A DNA stretch of 20,000 nucleotides, taken from IMG/VR virus record IMGVR_UViG_3300030202_000991; one strand, written 5' to 3'. The notes below the pieces were generated by a model, which saw nothing but the letters and a program-made list of their open reading frames with translations, was not told the origin of the DNA and did no database searches. Origin of the DNA: an uncultured virus (IMG/VR IMGVR_UViG_3300030202_000991) (lineage: Duplodnaviria > Heunggongvirae > Uroviricota > Caudoviricetes). This document shows, piece after piece, positions 15,055 through 20,000 of this stretch (positions within the stretch are counted from its first letter, which is position 1; each line of letters starts with the position of its first letter). The position numbers and the translations under genes are program-made.

Positions 15055-15765
15055 TTACCAATCGCCTGTCCAATGTTTTAAGCCGAACTCTTTGTAAAGT
15101 TTACGTTTTTCTGTTTCCCAATCTAACTTCAGCGCACCATTTTTATAGATAACAGTATCATATGGCGGGTCTTCATCGTAAACCTTTATAAATCCGCTAG
15201 TACTGGCTTGTTGCTTAATTCTTTCAAAAACCTCTACCTCGGGGTCTGGATCAATCATTTCTCCACAAAGTGTTTGCGTAACAGCGTGCATATAAGTTTG
15301 TGGCCCTAAAAAATAAATATTATCGTGTCCTTCTATTAACCTTTGCACGTACAAAGAAGCCGCATAGTTATACGTTGGGTTTTCAGGTGCTGTCATCATA
15401 AAATCATGTGAGAAATCATAGTCTCTACATATAGGTAAAACCCACTTATCCCCTTCTTCTAACAAGCTATCAAAGCTAGTATTACAAAAACGATCTATAT
15501 CCATATAAACACCACCTTCGATAAACAGTTTGACTAAACGCCAAAGGTCTGTTTTCTGGACTATGTGTTTATCTTGGATCAATTCATAATGCTGTGGTTC
15601 TAATTGCTCTTTTAAGTAAGCGTCTACTTCTGCATCATCATAAATAGTAACTTCCCAATTTGGGTTTAGCTCAATAACTCTTTTGACTCCCTCCACCACT
15701 AAGGGATTTGTACTTTCAAGAATACTTTTGTCTTTCCACGACATATGTACTGTTTTAGGAATCAT
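15055..15765 (-). CDS. GT32 / OCH1-like DXD glycosyltransferase (236 aa)
   Basis: MIPKTVHMSW, LNPNWEVTIYDD, KTDLWRLVKLFIEGGVYMDID (DxD), LGP and terminal HWTGDW match the Gly_transf_sug pattern. Confidence 0.88.
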   Translation of the reverse strand: MIPKTVHMSWKDKSILESTNPLVVEGVKRVIELNPNWEVTIYDDAEVDAYLKEQLEPQHYELIQDKHIVQKTDLWRLVKLFIEGGVYMDIDRFCNTSFDSLLEEGDKWVLPICRDYDFSHDFMMTAPENPTYNYAASLYVQRLIEGHDNIYFLGPQTYMHAVTQTLCGEMIDPDPEVEVFERIKQQASTSGFIKVYDEDPPYDTVIYKNGALKLDWETEKRKLYKEFGLKHWTGDW

Positions 15766-16186
15766 TAGCTTTTAAATTTTTTCCTATATGCAAAAGTAGT
15801 TCATGTTCTACTTTAGCTAAAGTATCTATATTAGTAACACGCATATCATACTGCGAAGGACGTTCAAACATTTTGTTAGTATCTGTGTATTCAGAAATTT
15901 GCACCGTGTCCATCCAAACCACCAAATCAGCGTTTAGTTTTTTACGCCATGCGTCTATAGGGCAAATGAAATCTAAAAAAACTAACCCTTTTTTATAATT
16001 AGCCGCTTCTTTCATCCGGTTAAACTGTCTAAACCTTCCCTCCATAGAAAAGTCCCAATCGTGCAAAGCCGCCCTAACTTCATCGGCGTTAATGTGACAA
16101 CCTCCATGCTTTGCTACAAGTGACTTAGCCAACGTTGTTTTTCCGCTGTTGGGTAAACCAGTAAGTAACACCACACACTTTTTCAT
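15755..16186 (-). CDS. cysC: Adenylylsulfate (APS) kinase-like P-loop kinase (143 aa)
   Basis: Walker A LTGLPNSGKTT, then INADEVR, WDFSMEGRFRQ, DFICP and FERP, which parallel the CysC motifs LDGDxVR, FSxEDR, SFISP and YExP. Confidence 0.75.
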   Translation of the reverse strand: MKKCVVLLTGLPNSGKTTLAKSLVAKHGGCHINADEVRAALHDWDFSMEGRFRQFNRMKEAANYKKGLVFLDFICPIDAWRKKLNADLVVWMDTVQISEYTDTNKMFERPSQYDMRVTNIDTLAKVEHELLLHIGKNLKANDS

Positions 16187-16881
16187 ATTTTCAAATCATC
16201 GTTGCGGGTAGTGCTTCGGCCTTCTAGTGGCCTCCCTTTAATGGTCGTATCTAATTTATCGCCATCCCATTTGTTGTAGGCATAAACACCCATTTGATGG
16301 ATAGGAAATAAATCAGCTCTTAATAAAATGTCTAACGGCCCTGTAAGCCCGTATTTAATAACGTAAGCCAACATACTTTTAGCTACCGCAGGATCAATAG
16401 CGTAGGCATGAGCGCGACAAATAAAATGATAATTTGGGCCTTCGCTTGCATGAGGAGGAGTTGGTAACACATCCCATCCCTGTTGTACTTGTTCATGGCT
16501 TCCTAAATAACAAATAGAATTATAAACAGCGTGTTTGGTATAGGGCTTCACCATTATGCTGTCATGCTCCAAGACCACCAAAGGCTTATCTTCTGTTACA
16601 CATTTTGCCCATAACGAAATATGGGAAAGAGCGCAAGCAACTTCTCCTCTTGTCATGTAATGGTCTATAATTTTAACGCAATCCATAATCGGGTTATGGT
16701 GATCCGGTGCTTGTATTTCCCCTTCAATTCCGTTGTAAGCGTCCCAATACTCATACTGTTGCCCTATCTGCTCACAAGAAGCTGCACAATCTTTGGCCTT
16801 ACGCTCAGAGTCTTCAAGTCCTTTGACCCGAATAATATACGCTGAGTCAATTTTTAAATTGTAGGAGAAAAAAAGATTCAC
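16183..16881 (-). CDS. GT25 family glycosyltransferase (232 aa)
   Basis: AYIIRV...SERK, WDAYNG, TRGEVACALSHISLW, LVVLEHD (canonical LEDD), AHAYAID and PLD. Confidence 0.88.
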   Translation of the reverse strand: MNLFFSYNLKIDSAYIIRVKGLEDSERKAKDCAASCEQIGQQYEYWDAYNGIEGEIQAPDHHNPIMDCVKIIDHYMTRGEVACALSHISLWAKCVTEDKPLVVLEHDSIMVKPYTKHAVYNSICYLGSHEQVQQGWDVLPTPPHASEGPNYHFICRAHAYAIDPAVAKSMLAYVIKYGLTGPLDILLRADLFPIHQMGVYAYNKWDGDKLDTTIKGRPLEGRSTTRNDDLKI

Positions 16882-17291
16882 TCTAAACCATCCACATCAT
16901 CATGTGTTTCAGTAGCATTAATGGCATCTATACGAGCTTCATACGTTGTTTGCGCGGTGGCTACAGCAGAAGCGTCGTACTGAGTTGTAGGGTAGTTATC
17001 TATTTCTTTGGCTAACTCTCTTCTTACTACGGCATCAAAATCAGCATTTGCTGAAGCAACTAAGCCTTCTTTGCGCTCACTTACCGTATAGTCTCTCTTG
17101 CCCCACACAATTTGTGCTGGAGTAGTATCTAGGTTAAAAGTATGCGTAGTAAGTTGTTCCCGATTAGGGGTAATATCTGGCAAAACTTCTACTGCTTCAC
17201 GCCAGCCTTTTTCATTATTTGGCGCAGTGTCCCAAACTTCCTTCACTTCCCCGTCGATAACTTGAATCCAAAAACCCGTATTCGTCGGCAT
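16878..17291 (-). CDS. Hypothetical protein, tail-fibre assembly chaperone-like (137 aa)
   Basis: Strong AGGAGG RBS 5 nt before the ATG. A beta-rich N-half is followed by a helical C-half ending RIDAINATETHDDVDGL, reminiscent of Tfa/DUF4376-type chaperones. It lies near the RCC1 protein gene. Confidence 0.5.
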   Translation of the reverse strand: MPTNTGFWIQVIDGEVKEVWDTAPNNEKGWREAVEVLPDITPNREQLTTHTFNLDTTPAQIVWGKRDYTVSERKEGLVASANADFDAVVRRELAKEIDNYPTTQYDASAVATAQTTYEARIDAINATETHDDVDGLE

Positions 17292-19047
17292 TGTAACCTC
17301 CTAAATTGTTCAGTTGTTTGTGTATTTGTGTAAAAGGCTTGTCCCAATCACCATAAGCTACTTGCCTAAATAATTTTACATTGTTATACCACTCGGTAGT
17401 TTCCCCTGATTTTGCCCAAAGGTAGTATGGAAGAACAGGAATTATTATCCAAGTGTCTATTCCCATTGCCGCTGATAGGTGAGCTACAGAAGTACATGAA
17501 GTAATTACTAAATCACAGGTTGCAATGGCGTGTCGAGTGTCGCCCCAATGTTGAAGTGGAACTTCCTTTACCCATTCTGGTTTATGCTGCGAACCCTCGT
17601 CACGCTGTAAAGATATAAAATCTGCCTCTATATCCTTTACTGCATCAAACAACTTACTGCTCGGAAATAATCTGTGCTGTTCATGTTCAAACTCAGGATT
17701 GCCTTGCCATCTAAGTCCTATTCGTAATTTTTTATTCACAGAAGTTAAAGGTTTAGAAATATAAGGTGATCCGTCAATATCAGCATACTGCAACCCAAGG
17801 GGTATTACAGCAGACATAGCAGGAACCCAAAAATCGTGTACGACACCACCCGCAGCTTCGGTTACAACCACGGCACTAACGCCCGAAATGTCTCGAAAAA
17901 GACTTGTTAACTCTGGAGAACAAGCCACAACCACATCGCAACCTTTTTTTACAATGTAGCGCACCATTCCTGCACCGTGGATCTGATCTCCTAAACCACC
18001 CTCAAGGTTAAGCAAGACTGTACCTTTGCTTTTTCCATCCCAAAGAGGCACTGGCGAACCGGGATTAAGGTTACCAAAAACTTTTTCAATTCGCCCTCGC
18101 ATAAGAAGTTTATGCCCTTCTAAAAGATCCCCTCTTCGTAATTCATACCAACCGCGATTAAAAGCCGCTCGGTCATTACGGGGTTCTTCACGACCAAGTT
18201 CGTCCCCTATTTCTGCTGCTTCGTCTAAATTACCAAGCAACCCTGCTGCCAACATTCTGTCTAATTTATGTAAGGAAAGACGTGAATTTGTCTCACCTTG
18301 CCAAAAACGAGGTTGGACAAAATCTCTGTATAGATGCTGTAAAACATCTTGTGCTGGGGGAACAATAGCTTGTTTTAATTGTTTACGAACATCATGTAAC
18401 CCTTTAATTCCCCAAACCTCCTCATCTTTTTCGTGAAGGCCAGTAGCATCAATATTGTCCGTATCGTAGGTATGGGGAGAAAGTTCTAAAAACTGTTCTA
18501 CTTCCCGCAATATTTTTACAGGGTTTTTGTTTAACTGTTCATATTCTACATAGTGAATATGTTCTTTCATCCAATGATGGGCTTTTAATAAATCCACATA
18601 AGATCGTTTGATGTGTTCAACATAAGGCGATTCACGTAAAAAAAGAGCGGTTTCACTAGGCTTTGCAATACGCACCATCGAAGCCACACAATCTTCCACA
18701 TTACGAACGGTAGCAATAATCTTAGGGGGGTAACCTAAAGATGTTTTCATTGTAGAAATGTTTTTGGGTTTTACCCAACTTCTATTTTTATCTAAAACAA
18801 CCTTTTCTTTTACAGATTTATATTTAGCGCCACACACGGCTTTAATTACATCGTGGACTTCTTGTTTAAAAGTAGCTTGAATATTGGCTTTTTCAGAAGA
18901 ATCCTCCCAACCTGCCAACATTCCTGTCAAAATCTCTAATAAACCTGACGTAGCCGTAGCGTGAACATCTGGGTGCTGATTTAAAAGCGCCGCTAAAACA
19001 GTTGAACCTGATCTAGGTAACCCTGATAAAAAATAAAGTTTTTTCAT
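17215..19047 (-). CDS. Sulfotransferase - TPR-like - GT-B (GT9/FlbA-FlmG-like) glycosyltransferase fusion (610 aa)
   Basis: The N-domain has SGLPRSGSTVL (5'-PSB), IIATVRNVEDCVAS (3'-PB) and VEYEQL. A helical linker (PRNDRAAFNRGWYELRRGDLLEG) follows. The C-domain has PLWDG, EGGLGDQI, RIGLRWQGNP, FISLQ, DLVITSCTSVAHLSAAMG and WYNNVKLFRQ...GDW. Confidence 0.88.
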   Translation of the reverse strand: MKKLYFLSGLPRSGSTVLAALLNQHPDVHATATSGLLEILTGMLAGWEDSSEKANIQATFKQEVHDVIKAVCGAKYKSVKEKVVLDKNRSWVKPKNISTMKTSLGYPPKIIATVRNVEDCVASMVRIAKPSETALFLRESPYVEHIKRSYVDLLKAHHWMKEHIHYVEYEQLNKNPVKILREVEQFLELSPHTYDTDNIDATGLHEKDEEVWGIKGLHDVRKQLKQAIVPPAQDVLQHLYRDFVQPRFWQGETNSRLSLHKLDRMLAAGLLGNLDEAAEIGDELGREEPRNDRAAFNRGWYELRRGDLLEGHKLLMRGRIEKVFGNLNPGSPVPLWDGKSKGTVLLNLEGGLGDQIHGAGMVRYIVKKGCDVVVACSPELTSLFRDISGVSAVVVTEAAGGVVHDFWVPAMSAVIPLGLQYADIDGSPYISKPLTSVNKKLRIGLRWQGNPEFEHEQHRLFPSSKLFDAVKDIEADFISLQRDEGSQHKPEWVKEVPLQHWGDTRHAIATCDLVITSCTSVAHLSAAMGIDTWIIIPVLPYYLWAKSGETTEWYNNVKLFRQVAYGDWDKPFTQIHKQLNNLGGYNADEYGFLDSSYRRGSEGSLGHCAK

Positions 19048-19050
19048 GTG

Positions 19051-20000
19051 CTATGCTTTAAGCGCCCAACAGGTAGACATAGCTGAAATGCCAAAATGTA
19101 TGCGCGACCAATTTGTTAAAGAGCCTATTTGTACAGGGGAAGAATACTTTACGGGGTCTTTAGTGCTTTGCCCCGCTTGACCTTGATAGTTAGCGCCCCA
19201 CGACCAAAGAGTGCCGTTTGTTTTTAACGCAACAGCCATCTGATTACCCGTTTGAACGTCTAGCCAATTAGTTAGTGATCCTATTTGAACAGGGCTGTTT
19301 CTTTGCACCACCGTTCCGTCCCCTACGCCACCACTGTTATTTCTGCCCCACGAATAAAGTTTGCCACTCCTAATTCCAGCCATATTTTGATACCCGCAAC
19401 TAGGAGCCGACCAATCAGTTGCTGATCCAAGTTGAACAGGAGAAGAATATGTAGTTGTATTGCCTAGACCTAATTGCCCATAACCGTTCTGCCCCCAAAC
19501 CCAAGCAGTTCCATCCGTTTTAACAAAAAAATGCATATAACTGCCAGAAGCGCCTGTTGACCAATTACTTAACGACCCTACTTGAACAGGGGAAGAACGA
19601 CTAATGGCATTTGTATTAGCACCTAAAGCACCATAAGTCCCATCTCCCCATGTAAAAAGTTCACCTGCCTTGTTGACCGCCGCAGCGGGGCCACTTCCCC
19701 CTCCCGTAGTAAACGCCCAAGTAGTTAAACTACCTATTTGAACAGGAGAAGAATAGCGTAAGTAACCATCGGAAACGCCTGTGCCTTGGCTAATACCCAT
19801 TACGCCGCCTTGATTCTCCCCCCACGACCAAAGCGTTCCATCAGCTTTAATCGCTTTAGCGCCATTCTGCTCTTGGGCTAACATTGCACCTGCGCCTGTC
19901 CAATTAGTCAACGAACCTATTTGAATAGGTGAAGAAGCGTTAAGCCCTGTATTCCAACAACCAAATCTTCCGTCTCCGCAACTATATAAATAGCCGCTTT
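19051..20000 (-). CDS. RCC1/BLIP-II repeat beta-propeller protein, 5'-truncated; probable tail/receptor-binding component
   Basis: The frame stays open beyond the track's TTG start to the window edge (SGYLYSCGDGRFGCWNTGLNASSPIQIGS...). It has six [S/N]SP[VI]Q[IVL]GSxx[N/T/D]W repeats at ~50-57 aa spacing, with DGTLWSWGxNxxGQLG-type cores. Confidence 0.9.
   Translation of the reverse strand, partial: SGYLYSCGDGRFGCWNTGLNASSPIQIGSLTNWTGAGAMLAQEQNGAKAIKADGTLWSWGENQGGVMGISQGTGVSDGYLRYSSPVQIGSLTTWAFTTGGGSGPAAAVNKAGELFTWGDGTYGALGANTNAISRSSPVQVGSLSNWSTGASGSYMHFFVKTDGTAWVWGQNGYGQLGLGNTTTYSSPVQLGSATDWSAPSCGYQNMAGIRSGKLYSWGRNNSGGVGDGTVVQRNSPVQIGSLTNWLDVQTGNQMAVALKTNGTLWSWGANYQGQAGQSTKDPVKYSSPVQIGSLTNWSRIHFGISAMSTCWALKA

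Noticed and set aside
370..18436. All plus-strand ORFs in the track (60-162 aa)
   Set aside because: They lie antisense to long, motif-bearing minus-strand genes, mostly start at TTG/GTG, and show no recognisable motifs, so they are shadow ORFs.
19051..20000. Diversity-generating retroelement target in the RCC1 gene
   Set aside because: No near-identical TR/VR pair with adenine-specific mismatches and no reverse transcriptase is visible in the window. The repeats are conserved mainly at protein level.
1..20000. Alternative genetic code or stop-codon reassignment
   Set aside because: TAA, TAG and TGA all end genes at coupled junctions, and coding density is nearly complete under the standard code.

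Overview
A 20-kb segment of a tailed dsDNA bacteriophage, with podovirus-like organisation resembling uncultured aquatic phages. All credible genes lie on the minus strand in one tightly coupled late operon. Read in transcription order (20000->1): an RCC1-repeat beta-propeller protein (5'-truncated); a modification island made of a sulfotransferase-TPR-like-GT-B fusion, a tail-chaperone-like protein, a GT25, a CysC-like APS kinase and a GT32/DXD glycosyltransferase; two small envelope proteins; an extended lysis cassette (class-3 lipase, lipoprotein, holin, GH24 lysozyme); tail nozzle and needle-like proteins; and three putative ejection proteins. Last comes a >1397-aa virion protein with an HExxH metallopeptidase domain, which the ORF track misses because it runs off the window. 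The most interesting signals are an apparent PAPS-supplied sulfo-glycosylation module beside tail genes, a lipase-lipoprotein pair in the lysis cassette, a recurrent 'phi-A-x-GG' motif in the ejection proteins and a possibly injected zincin protease. Family calls come from motif recognition by eye; no database searches were run.
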